Shown: positions 9,413-18,173 of the stretch, piece by piece
How positions within the stretch are numbered: position 1 is the first letter of the stretch
Layout: each line of letters begins with the position of its first letter
Assembly (NCBI GenBank): GCA_964473365.1
Contig: CAYYOV010000007.1
Coordinates: 5,015-69,014, forward strand
Source: an uncultured Ignavibacteriaceae bacterium
GTDB lineage: Bacteria > Bacteroidota > Ignavibacteria > UBA10030
DNA: 64,000 bases
Reading direction: 5' to 3'
The notes under the pieces: generated by a model
The model's input: the letters and a program-made list of their open reading frames with translations, nothing else
Told to the model about the DNA's origin: nothing
Databases searched by the model: none
Program-made: the position numbers and the translations under genes

Positions 9413-10381
9413 GTGACTGTGCCCCGGGCGCGTTCATTGATGGACACCGACATGACCATGCGCCGGAATCTCCTCGCTCTTCTCGTCGTTGTTTGCACGA
9501 CGACATCCGTTCTCCTCGCCCAGTCCTCGAGTACGCTGCGCGTTGACGGGGCGACACTGTTCTACCGTGAATACGGCTCCGGGGAGCCGCTCGTTATCGT
9601 CGGCGGGCTTGCCGGCGCATCGGGCGACTATCTCGTTCCCCTCGCCCAAGAATTCGGTAAGCGCTATCGAACCTTCCTGATCGATATGCGGGGCACGGGC
9701 GGATCGACGATCAGCCGACTCGATACGGCAAACGTGAGTCCCCGCCGTGTTGCCGAGGACCTCGAGAGCCTGCGCGCCGAAAAGAAGATCGCTCGCTGGA
9801 TCGTCGTGGGTCACGCCTTCGGCGGGAGCGTTGCACTCACCTACGCCACGATCTATCCAAAAGGCATTCGTGCGTTGTTCTTGGTGGGACCGACGGGCAT
9901 CGACCTGCGGTTCTTTGACTACTATAACCTCAACGTTGGCGCACGAATGTCGAAGGAAGATTCGTCCCTCTACAACGAATGGCGGCACGTGGGGTCCTGG
10001 TCTCCACAGAAGCCGAAGGCCCGGCTGGAACAGTTCCGGGCGACCTTGGGTGGGTACTTCGTGAATCGCCGCGCGCTCGAAAGCGTGCGCGCTACTATCA
10101 CGGATCGGACGTACGTCGGTGTCGTCGCCGAGACCTACTGGGGGGCGTTCATGGACCATTCCCCCCGGATGCACGCCATCCTGCCAACGTTCAAGGCGCC
10201 TGTGATCATCATCCAGGGCGACAACGACCCCGTCGATCGAAGAACGGCCGACCGCATCCGCACGGCCCTGAAGAGCGCGAAATACAAAGAGATCAAGAAT
10301 TGCGGCGCATTTCCGTGGCTTGAAAAGCCGAAGGAATTCTGGTCTGTGGCCAACGTCTTCCTCAAGACCCTCCCGAAGTAG
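9413..10381 (+). CDS. Secreted alpha/beta-fold hydrolase
   Basis: Signal peptide, an HG-type oxyanion motif region (LVIVGG), the nucleophile elbow GHAFGGS (GxSxG-like with Ala at the nucleophile-adjacent position), and C-terminal Asp/His region spacing typical of the fold. The start is ambiguous, with several in-frame ATGs at 9413-9458. Confidence 0.7.
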   Translation: MTVPRARSLMDTDMTMRRNLLALLVVVCTTTSVLLAQSSSTLRVDGATLFYREYGSGEPLVIVGGLAGASGDYLVPLAQEFGKRYRTFLIDMRGTGGSTISRLDTANVSPRRVAEDLESLRAEKKIARWIVVGHAFGGSVALTYATIYPKGIRALFLVGPTGIDLRFFDYYNLNVGARMSKEDSSLYNEWRHVGSWSPQKPKARLEQFRATLGGYFVNRRALESVRATITDRTYVGVVAETYWGAFMDHSPRMHAILPTFKAPVIIIQGDNDPVDRRTADRIRTALKSAKYKEIKNCGAFPWLEKPKEFWSVANVFLKTLPK

Positions 10382-10410
10382 CCCGGTCACCGGGTGGATG
10401 TACACACGAA

Positions 10411-10447
10411 CGCCCCATCCGATCCGGACGGGGCGTTTGCGTTCTCA
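10411..10447 (+). terminator. Rho-independent terminator between the convergent hydrolase and SDR genes
   Basis: cgccccatccg-atc-cggacggggcg is an ~11-bp stem with one mismatch, followed by tttgcgttctc. A short A/C-rich stretch (cacacgaa) precedes it on the plus strand. Confidence 0.55.
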
Positions 10448-10500
10448 TTGTTTCGCTGCTTCCTCCAACGGCTGACCCTGACATCCGTCGGACCTTCTCT

Positions 10501-11277
10501 TCACTCCAACTTCTTGTGAACCAGCGACGGAGACGCTTGCGCGGTGGGAAGGATGAGGATCTCGGCGATCTGGACGTGCGGCGGTGCAGCCGCGCAATAG
10601 TACACGGCGTCGGCGACATCCGATGGTGATAACGGCGTGTAGCCCTGATAGACCTTGCTGGCACGCTCCTGATCGCCGCGGAACCGCACGTCGCTGAACT
10701 CGGTCTGGACGAGCCCCGGATCGACCGTGCAGACCCGCAGCGGCGTGTCGACGAGGTCCATCCGCAATCCCCGCGTGATCGCATCCACCGCGTGCTTCGT
10801 CGCGCAATAGACGTTGCCTCCGATGTACACGTCGTGCCCCGCGATCGAGCCGATATTGATGATCGTCCCGCGTTTCCGTTGCACCATCCCTGGAATGACG
10901 ACCTTGCTCACGTACAACAGTCCCTTCACGTTGGTGTCGATCATCTCTTCCCAATCGTCGAGCTTTCCTTCGTGAAGTTTATCGAGCCCCCGGCTGAGCC
11001 CCGCATTGTTGACGAGCACGTCGATGCCGTGCCAAGCCTCTGGGAGCTTGTTGAATGCCTGCGAGACCGCTTTGGCATCGCGGACGTCGAGTTCTAGGAG
11101 AAACGTCTCCGTGCCATATCGCTCTTTCAGCTCGGCCGCCAGCTCCTGAAGTCGCGCCTTACGCCGTGCTGTGAGGATGAGCCGTGAACCGGCCGCCGCG
11201 AACCGTTCCGCACAGGCCCGGCCGATGCCGCTCGAGGCGCCGGTGATGAGTACTAACAAATGAGGAATGCTCGTCAT
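10501..11277 (-). CDS. Short-chain dehydrogenase/reductase (SDR), YdfG/serine 3-dehydrogenase-like
   Basis: TGASSGIG cofactor motif, NNAG, and the catalytic S...Y..ATK. ATG at 11277 overlaps the upstream gene's stop (ATGA). Confidence 0.85.
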   Translation of the reverse strand: MTSIPHLLVLITGASSGIGRACAERFAAAGSRLILTARRKARLQELAAELKERYGTETFLLELDVRDAKAVSQAFNKLPEAWHGIDVLVNNAGLSRGLDKLHEGKLDDWEEMIDTNVKGLLYVSKVVIPGMVQRKRGTIINIGSIAGHDVYIGGNVYCATKHAVDAITRGLRMDLVDTPLRVCTVDPGLVQTEFSDVRFRGDQERASKVYQGYTPLSPSDVADAVYYCAAAPPHVQIAEILILPTAQASPSLVHKKLE

Positions 11278-12410
11278 ACGCTGCGTCCTTTCAGAATAGG
11301 CCACCGGTCCACGATCTCGCCGTCGCGGACCACAATGTACTCGTCATGATGCGGAACGGCCAGGCACGAGTGGTGCTCCAGAACGCGCACGCGGTCGCCC
11401 ACCGGAAACATCCCGTCGAGCGACGCTGGTCCTTCGGCAACAAGCTTGCCGTGCTCCTGCGATAGCGAGCCCATGTGGATATGGGCGTGGAGGCGCTTCC
11501 GGTTGTAGTCCTCGAAGATGGGTCCCATTCCCATCGGGTTGGCCAAATGCGTTGGACCGAGGTCTTTCGAGAGTGCCAGCGCCCCTGCGTCGGTGATGAC
11601 GTGTTTGGCTCCCGGCTGATGTGAGATGACGCTCGTCAGGACCGTCAGCGCACAGTCGTCCACGCCGCAGACGCCGAGCATCGCCATGGTGTAGTCGTGG
11701 AATGCATAATTGCCGGGCCGGATCTCATCTATGCCGTCATAGTGATCGATGACGGTCACTGCAGGCGTCGAACCAACGCTCACGAATGGAACACGGTAGC
11801 CCTTCGCTCGCATCCGTTCGGCAAAGGTTACCATGATGTCGCGTTCCTCGCGCGCCGCAGCCAGGATCTCGTCGCGGTTCTTCCCGTAGTACGCATGTCC
11901 CGAGTGTGAGAGTATGCCGTCAAACTGAAGGACGGTCGATTCATTCAACTTCTGAACGAGCTCCTCAGCCAGCGGCGACGACGGATCGACACCGGCCCGA
12001 TGATTGCCGCAGTCGACCTTGAGCCATGTGTGGATCTTCTGGTTCGCGCTCCGTGCAGCCTTGTCGACATGTCCCAGTGCCTCGAGGCTGTCGATGAGGA
12101 CGCGGAAGGTGATCCGACCGGCAAGCTCCGCGGCGCGTGTGGCGTAGATCGGGGGGATGGGGAAGGCCCACAGTATGTCGGTGAAGCCCGCGTCAGCGAA
12201 TTGCTTCGCCTCGTAGAACGTCGAGACCGTAACGCCCTGAGCGCCCAGCCGCTCCTGCCATCGGGCGACCTGGATGCATTTGTGGGTCTTCAGATGGGGC
12301 CGCAGACGGACCTTGAGCCGGTTAGCGTGGTCCTGCATGCGTTGCAGGTTCCGCTCGAGGATCTCGCTATCGAGCAGCAGCGCGGGGGTGGGTAACGAAG
12401 CGAGTGACAT
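11274..12410 (-). CDS. PLP-dependent alanine-racemase-fold enzyme of the DSD1 / D-threonine-aldolase-like family (D-serine or D-hydroxy-amino-acid dehydratase/aldolase-like)
   Basis: N-terminal TPALLLD...L..N..RM......LRPHLKTHKC is the hallmark of this family. ~378 aa. It carries the C-terminal D-serine-dehydratase-like domain. Confidence 0.75.
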   Translation of the reverse strand: MSLASLPTPALLLDSEILERNLQRMQDHANRLKVRLRPHLKTHKCIQVARWQERLGAQGVTVSTFYEAKQFADAGFTDILWAFPIPPIYATRAAELAGRITFRVLIDSLEALGHVDKAARSANQKIHTWLKVDCGNHRAGVDPSSPLAEELVQKLNESTVLQFDGILSHSGHAYYGKNRDEILAAAREERDIMVTFAERMRAKGYRVPFVSVGSTPAVTVIDHYDGIDEIRPGNYAFHDYTMAMLGVCGVDDCALTVLTSVISHQPGAKHVITDAGALALSKDLGPTHLANPMGMGPIFEDYNRKRLHAHIHMGSLSQEHGKLVAEGPASLDGMFPVGDRVRVLEHHSCLAVPHHDEYIVVRDGEIVDRWPILKGRSV

Positions 12411-12422
12411 GCCGATTCCTCG

Positions 12423-14432
12423 TTAGAACGATAGCAATCGGTCCAGGGTCTCGGCGAGACGCGCGCGGCCCAGGAAGGACTGTTCCAGCGTCGGGTGGAA
12501 GGGAACGGGGGTCTCGAGCGATCCCAGCCGCATGACGGGAGCGTCGAGGTGAGTGAAGCATGATTCGCCGATCGTCGCCGCGACGTCGGACGCGAACGAG
12601 CCGGTCAGCGTGTCTTCTGTCAGGACAAGCACACGTCCCGTCTTGCGCGCAGAGGCGAACACGGTCTCGCGGTCCCACGGTACGAGCGTCCGCAGGTCGA
12701 CGACTTCGATCGAACGACCACTCCGCTCCGCAGCCTCCAAGGCCCAATGAACGGCCCAGCCGTACGTCACGATTGTCGCGTCCGTTCCCTCCCGCACCAC
12801 GCCGGCGACGCCCAGCGGCAGTGAATAATACGCATCCGGTACCAGTCCTTCGAGGCTCCGGTACAGATACTTGTGTTCGAAGTAGAGGATGGGGTTCGGT
12901 TCGGCAAGGCTGGCCGTCAGCAGACCCTTTGCGTCGAATGGCGTCGAAGGATACACCACCTTGAGCCCCGGAACATGTGTGAACCACGACTCGGTGCTCT
13001 GCGAATGGAACGGTCCCGCTCCGACGCCCGCCCCGGTCGGCATGCGCACGACGACGTTGACAGCATGGCCCCACCGGTAATGGGTCTTCGCTAGGTTATT
13101 CACGATCTGGTTGAAACCGCAGGTGACAAAGTCGGCGAACTGCATCTCCATCATCGCCGGACGGCCGGCCATCGACAGCCCCAGCGCCGCTCCCACGATC
13201 GCCGATTCACACAGGGGCGTGTTACGCACACGCTCCCGGCCGAACTGCTCCACAAAACCTTCCGTCACTTTGAACACACCGCCATACTCGGCGATGTCCT
13301 GCCCCATGAGCACCAATTTTGGATCACGCTCCATTGCCTGACGAAGGCCGTCCTGGATCGCGTTCACAAAGCGCCGATGCGATTGGTGCGTCAGGTCGGG
13401 GGCAACGGGAGGTGGGACCGCTGCTGCATACACATCCTGCAGTTCCGTATCGATACTGGCCTGGATCGCGGGTCCCGATGTGGAGCGGTCCCAGGCCTCG
13501 TCGATCGTCGCCTTGAGTCGCGTGCGTGCATCAGCTACGCGTTCGGCCGTGATCACGCCGGTCTGCACGAGATGACGCTCGAAGTTCTCGACAGGGTCTT
13601 TCGCCTTCCAGGCGGAAATGAGCTCGGTGGGCACATATTTCACGCCCGAAGCCTCCTCATGCCCGCGCATGCGGAATGTCATGGCCTCCAGGAGAACCGG
13701 CCGACGCGTCTTTCGCACACGTTCGGCTACGTCGCTCACGGTTCGATACACTTCGACGATGTTGTTCCCGTCGACCTGAACGCCTTCAATACCGTAGCCG
13801 GCGGCCTTGTCCACAAAGTATCTGTGTCGGAACTGTTGTGACGAGGGTGTTGAAAGTCCGTAGCCGTTGTTCTCGACGACGAAGATCACCGGCAGGTCCC
13901 ACACGGATGCGACGTTGATCGCCTCGTGGAAATCCCCTTCGCTCGCACCACCGTCACCCGAGAAGACCATCGCAAGGTCGTCCGATCCGTCGAGTACGCT
14001 GGCCAACGCCAGGCCATCGGCCACGCCGAGCATCGCGCCGAGGTGCGAGATCATCCCCACAATGCGGTGTTCAAGTGTCCCGAAATGGAACGAGCGGTCG
14101 CGCCCGTTCGTGTAGCCATCCGGCCTTCCTTCCCACTGGGCAAAGAGCCGAGGGAGTGGAACGCGTCGTGAGGTGAAGATGCCGAGGTTGCGGTGAAGCG
14201 GCAGAAGATAGTCGGAATCGCGGAGCGCCATCGCGCAACCGACGGCGATCGCCTCCTGACCGATCCCCGAGAACCATTTGCTGAGCTTACCCTGACGGAG
14301 CAGGATGAGCATCTTCTCTTCGATCAGCCGGGGAAGGAGCATCCCTTCATACAATGAGATGAGCCGGTCGGCAGACAGGCTGCCGGCTTCAAACTGCAGG
14401 GGCATCGACGATATGGCGCGGGACGAGCTCAC
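12423..14432 (-). CDS. 2-oxoacid dehydrogenase E1 component with fused alpha and beta subunits (TPP-dependent)
   Basis: The N-terminal half has the E1-alpha TPP motif GDGGASEGDFHEAINVASVWDLPVIFVVENNGYGLSTP. The C-terminal half has an E1-beta / transketolase-like pyrimidine-binding domain and C-terminal domain. I see no E2 or E3 gene in the window. Confidence 0.8.
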   Translation of the reverse strand: MSSSRAISSMPLQFEAGSLSADRLISLYEGMLLPRLIEEKMLILLRQGKLSKWFSGIGQEAIAVGCAMALRDSDYLLPLHRNLGIFTSRRVPLPRLFAQWEGRPDGYTNGRDRSFHFGTLEHRIVGMISHLGAMLGVADGLALASVLDGSDDLAMVFSGDGGASEGDFHEAINVASVWDLPVIFVVENNGYGLSTPSSQQFRHRYFVDKAAGYGIEGVQVDGNNIVEVYRTVSDVAERVRKTRRPVLLEAMTFRMRGHEEASGVKYVPTELISAWKAKDPVENFERHLVQTGVITAERVADARTRLKATIDEAWDRSTSGPAIQASIDTELQDVYAAAVPPPVAPDLTHQSHRRFVNAIQDGLRQAMERDPKLVLMGQDIAEYGGVFKVTEGFVEQFGRERVRNTPLCESAIVGAALGLSMAGRPAMMEMQFADFVTCGFNQIVNNLAKTHYRWGHAVNVVVRMPTGAGVGAGPFHSQSTESWFTHVPGLKVVYPSTPFDAKGLLTASLAEPNPILYFEHKYLYRSLEGLVPDAYYSLPLGVAGVVREGTDATIVTYGWAVHWALEAAERSGRSIEVVDLRTLVPWDRETVFASARKTGRVLVLTEDTLTGSFASDVAATIGESCFTHLDAPVMRLGSLETPVPFHPTLEQSFLGRARLAETLDRLLSF

Positions 14433-14440
14433 ACAGGAAA

Positions 14441-14465
14441 CAAAAACCGGGGTTCACACCCCGGT
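14441..14465 (-). terminator. Rho-independent terminator downstream of nhaA on the minus strand. It lies only ~10 nt upstream of the E1 start codon.
   Basis: Plus strand reads caaaaa-ccgggg-ttcaca-ccccgg. On the minus strand this is a 6-bp GC stem followed by TTTTTG. Confidence 0.55.
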
Positions 14466-14507
14466 CTGGTCAAGATGACAAAAAAACCCCTCGTGAACAA
14501 GATGGCG

Positions 14508-15821
14508 CTACGCGGCCGCCTTTGGCGGGGCAAACCAGCGCAGGATCATCCATCCGATCCCTCCGGCAAGAAGCGATGCCGTGAGAATGCCTACCTTTGA
14601 GATCTCGAGCAGCAAGCGGTCGTCAAATGCCAGAGAAGCGACGAACAGCGACATGGTGAATCCGATGCCCCCGAGCCAGGCGGCCCCGTAGATGTGTCGA
14701 TACGTCGTCCCCGCCGGAAGGGCCGCAAAACCCAACCGCACTGACAACCACGCAAACGCTGTGATTCCGATCTGCTTGCCGATGACGAGACCGAGAATGA
14801 TACCCAGCGCGACGGGATGTCCGAGTGACATCTCGCTTGTGATCGTCACGCCCGCGTTCGCGAGGGCGAACACTGGCATGATGAAGTACGTGACCCATGG
14901 ATGGAGACGATGCTCAAGCTGCTGCATCGGCGATTCAACCTGGTCGCATGCATCCTCCAGCTCCTGAACGATGGCTTGTTGGTCGCCGGTCAAGCCCCCT
15001 TTCGATCGTGAGGGACTCGACTGGAGACGGTCCAGCAGATGTCGTCCACGGTGCAACAACGTCAACGGATCGATCGCGGGTCGCGCGGGGATCGTGAGTG
15101 CCAGGATCACTCCGGCGATCGTGGCATGAATGCCCGACGAGAGGACCGCCAGCCAGAGACCGACGCCGAGAATCACGTAGGGAAGTGGTGACCGCACGTG
15201 AGCGGCGTTCAGGGACATCAGGAGCGCCGTGATGACGCCCGCTGCGGCCAGTGCTGTCCACGACAATTGCGCCGTATAGAAGAACGCTATGACGAGCACA
15301 GCCCCGAGATCGTCGACAATGGCGAACGCCGTCAGAAACACCTTCAGGCCGAACGGCACGCGGGGTCCAAGAAGCGTCAGCACACCGATGGCGAAAGCGA
15401 TGTCGGTCGCCATTGGGATACCCCATCCGGGCGTTCCCGGTGTGCCGGCATTCAGCATCACATAGAGCCCGGCTGGCACGACCATCCCACCGATGGCGGC
15501 CATGATAGGGAACATGGCCTGCCGAACGCTCGACAACTCGCCGATGAGCAGCTCGCGCTTGATCTCCAGCCCGACCACGAAGAAGAAGATGACCATCAGA
15601 GCGTCGTTCACCCAATGGCCGAGCGAGTGCGTCATCTGATACGGTCCCGCGCCGACTGTGACCGGCAGATGCCAGAACGCGAAGTAGCTGTCGCGCCATG
15701 GAGAATTGGCCCAAGCCATGGCCACCACAGCACAGACGAGCAGGAGGATGCCGCCGATCGATTCCAGGCGGGTGAACCGCTGGAACTGCGTAAGAACCCG
15801 TGTGAAAATCTTTTCCTTCAT
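14508..15821 (-). CDS. nhaA: Na+/H+ antiporter NhaA
   Basis: ATDIAFAIGVLTLLG...VFLTAFAIVDDLGAVLVIAFFYT and the overall 12-TM layout are characteristic of NhaA. Confidence 0.9.
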   Translation of the reverse strand: MKEKIFTRVLTQFQRFTRLESIGGILLLVCAVVAMAWANSPWRDSYFAFWHLPVTVGAGPYQMTHSLGHWVNDALMVIFFFVVGLEIKRELLIGELSSVRQAMFPIMAAIGGMVVPAGLYVMLNAGTPGTPGWGIPMATDIAFAIGVLTLLGPRVPFGLKVFLTAFAIVDDLGAVLVIAFFYTAQLSWTALAAAGVITALLMSLNAAHVRSPLPYVILGVGLWLAVLSSGIHATIAGVILALTIPARPAIDPLTLLHRGRHLLDRLQSSPSRSKGGLTGDQQAIVQELEDACDQVESPMQQLEHRLHPWVTYFIMPVFALANAGVTITSEMSLGHPVALGIILGLVIGKQIGITAFAWLSVRLGFAALPAGTTYRHIYGAAWLGGIGFTMSLFVASLAFDDRLLLEISKVGILTASLLAGGIGWMILRWFAPPKAAA

Positions 15822-15956
15822 GGCGCGTGCGAGTACAGTGCTAATGATGAGGGATCGGTTGGGGGCACCGCGGCAGGCAGTAGCGGTCCCGAGCAGAGAA
15901 CAGAAATAGATGCGACAGGGTTCCTGTCAATTGAAGCCCGGACCGGGCAGGGACAT

Positions 15957-18173
15957 TCAATCGGAAAGCTCCTCGAGCAGTCGAACGACTTCCGCCTGGT
16001 GGCCAACCGTAAATCGGGCCTGCGTCGTACCGATCCCCACCTTCACCGTGAATGCGGGGGCCGGGAGGGCTTTGAACAGGTCCTCGTCGGTCACATCGTC
16101 TCCGGCCGAAAAGACGAAATCCGGCTGGACGAGGTCGATGATCTTCAGCGCCATCGTCCCCTTATGAACCCCGATGGGGCGCACTTCGACGATCTTGTTG
16201 CCACGGTTGACCTGCACGTCGTAGTTGGCTGTCAGCGTGGTCAGATGGTCGAACGCCTCCGCCGCCAACAACGTGCCGTGCTCGGGGTCCGACAGACGAT
16301 AATGCCATACCACCGAATGCTCCTTCTCCTCTACAAATGAGCCCGGCAACCGGTCGGCGTAGGACTCCAGGATCGGGATGATCCGCGACTTCCAATCACC
16401 CTTGCCGGGCGTCGCCAGCCGCCAATCACCCTGTGGCGGACGCCACCAGATCCCGTGCTCTGCCACCAGGTGCGCGTTCAAGCCTCCCATCCACTCGTCC
16501 AACGTGGAGCGTTCCCGGCCACTGACGATGGCCAGCGTGCTACCATTCGAAGAACTCAGGCGGTGGAGCGTGTTCATCAGTTCAGGTGTGGGCCGCGCCA
16601 GCTCCGGCCGTCGGACGAGCGGCGTCAGCGTTCCGTCGTAGTCAAGCAGCAAAAGTCTGCGACTCGCCGCCCGATACGCCTCGACGATCAGGCGGCGTGG
16701 CTCGGCGCTCATGTATTTTGTCGTGAACCGGTCCTGCAGGTCCGGGACCTGCACAGCCTGTTCGATGAAATCATGCGCCCATCGGACGACGTCATACCGT
16801 TCGATGCGGCGTCGCATCACTCGGTTCCGGCGCTGCTGCTCTTCGATCGGCATGGTGATCGCTTCGTACAGGGCTGACGCGATCTCTTCGCGGTCATTCG
16901 GATTGATGACGATCGCTTCGGCCAGTTCCTTCGCAGCACCCGCCATCTCGCTCAGGATCAGCACACCCCGGTCGTCCGGACGGCAGGCGATGTACTCCTT
17001 GGCGACGAGGTTCATCCCGTCACGTAACGGCGTCACGAGCGCGATGTCGCTCATCCGATAATAGGCGACCAGGTGGTCGAACCGAAGCTGCGTGTAGAGA
17101 TACACCACCGGCGTCCATCCGACCCGCCCGAACCGGCCGTTGATCTTCCCGACCATTTCTTCGATCTGCCGTTTCATGAGGTCGTACATCGCCACGCCGG
17201 CGCGGGAGGGGACCACGATCATCACCAACGCCACCTTGCCGTGGAGTTCCGGATGGCGCTCCAGGAGTGCCTCGAATCCCTCCAACCGGTTGAGGATGCC
17301 CTTCGTATAATCGAGCCGATCCACCGACAAAATCGAGGTGATGTCCCCGAGCGACTCTCGCAGCTGCGCGCTTTCGTCGCGAACGCTGACCCGATCCAGC
17401 GTCTTCCGGAACGATTCGACGTCGATCCCCATCGGAAAGGTGTCGACCTTCACCACGCGGTCTTCGACGACCACCTGCCCAAGTTGATGATCATGACCAA
17501 CGATGCGGAGGACGTTCCGCAGAAAGTTCTGAGCATACTCGTACGTGTGAAAACCGACCACATCGGCTCCCAGCAGACCCGTGAGGATCTCCCGCCGCCA
17601 TACGCCCGGCAGCGACCGGTAGATATCGTACTCCGGGAAGGGGATGTGGAGGAAGAATCCGATGCGCACGTTTGGGGCAAGCTCGCGCAGATACTGCGGG
17701 AGGAGCATGAGGTGATAGTCGTGGATCCAGACCACATCGCCAGGATGTGCGGTCTCCGCCACGATCGTGGCAAAGGCCTGATTCACCTTTCGGTACAGGT
17801 CCCACTGCTCAGCAGAATAGGTCGTATAGGCGGGGAAGGAATGGAAGAGCGGCCAAATGGTGGCGTTGCAGAAGCCTAGATAGAAGCTCTCCATATCCTC
17901 CCGCGACAGGAAGACGGGAACCGATCGATGCCGGTCCCACGCCATCTGCCGAACCTGATCGTGCTGGTCGTCGGGCACCGAGCCGCCCGGCCAGCCGATC
18001 CATACGCTTTCATCCCCCGGGCTGCCGCTCCCTCGCACGCTCGACAGGAAGGCTTTGAGGCCCGTGACAAGGCCGCCGACGCTTTCCGTCGTCGTCAGTC
18101 CAGACTCGCCCACAGCGATCGAGAACGGAAGTCGGTTTGAGACGATGATCAATCGGGATGCGTTCGTCATCAT
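15957..18173 (-). CDS. otsAB: Bifunctional trehalose-6-phosphate synthase (GT20, OtsA) / trehalose-6-phosphate phosphatase (HAD, OtsB) fusion
   Basis: The N-terminal ~480 aa carry GT20 motifs (LIIVSNRLP, WIHDYHLMLLP, FFLHIPFPEYDIYRSLP). The C-terminal ~250 aa carry the HAD phosphatase motif LLLLDYDGTLTP and the trehalose-phosphatase domain. Confidence 0.85.
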   Translation of the reverse strand: MMTNASRLIIVSNRLPFSIAVGESGLTTTESVGGLVTGLKAFLSSVRGSGSPGDESVWIGWPGGSVPDDQHDQVRQMAWDRHRSVPVFLSREDMESFYLGFCNATIWPLFHSFPAYTTYSAEQWDLYRKVNQAFATIVAETAHPGDVVWIHDYHLMLLPQYLRELAPNVRIGFFLHIPFPEYDIYRSLPGVWRREILTGLLGADVVGFHTYEYAQNFLRNVLRIVGHDHQLGQVVVEDRVVKVDTFPMGIDVESFRKTLDRVSVRDESAQLRESLGDITSILSVDRLDYTKGILNRLEGFEALLERHPELHGKVALVMIVVPSRAGVAMYDLMKRQIEEMVGKINGRFGRVGWTPVVYLYTQLRFDHLVAYYRMSDIALVTPLRDGMNLVAKEYIACRPDDRGVLILSEMAGAAKELAEAIVINPNDREEIASALYEAITMPIEEQQRRNRVMRRRIERYDVVRWAHDFIEQAVQVPDLQDRFTTKYMSAEPRRLIVEAYRAASRRLLLLDYDGTLTPLVRRPELARPTPELMNTLHRLSSSNGSTLAIVSGRERSTLDEWMGGLNAHLVAEHGIWWRPPQGDWRLATPGKGDWKSRIIPILESYADRLPGSFVEEKEHSVVWHYRLSDPEHGTLLAAEAFDHLTTLTANYDVQVNRGNKIVEVRPIGVHKGTMALKIIDLVQPDFVFSAGDDVTDEDLFKALPAPAFTVKVGIGTTQARFTVGHQAEVVRLLEELSD

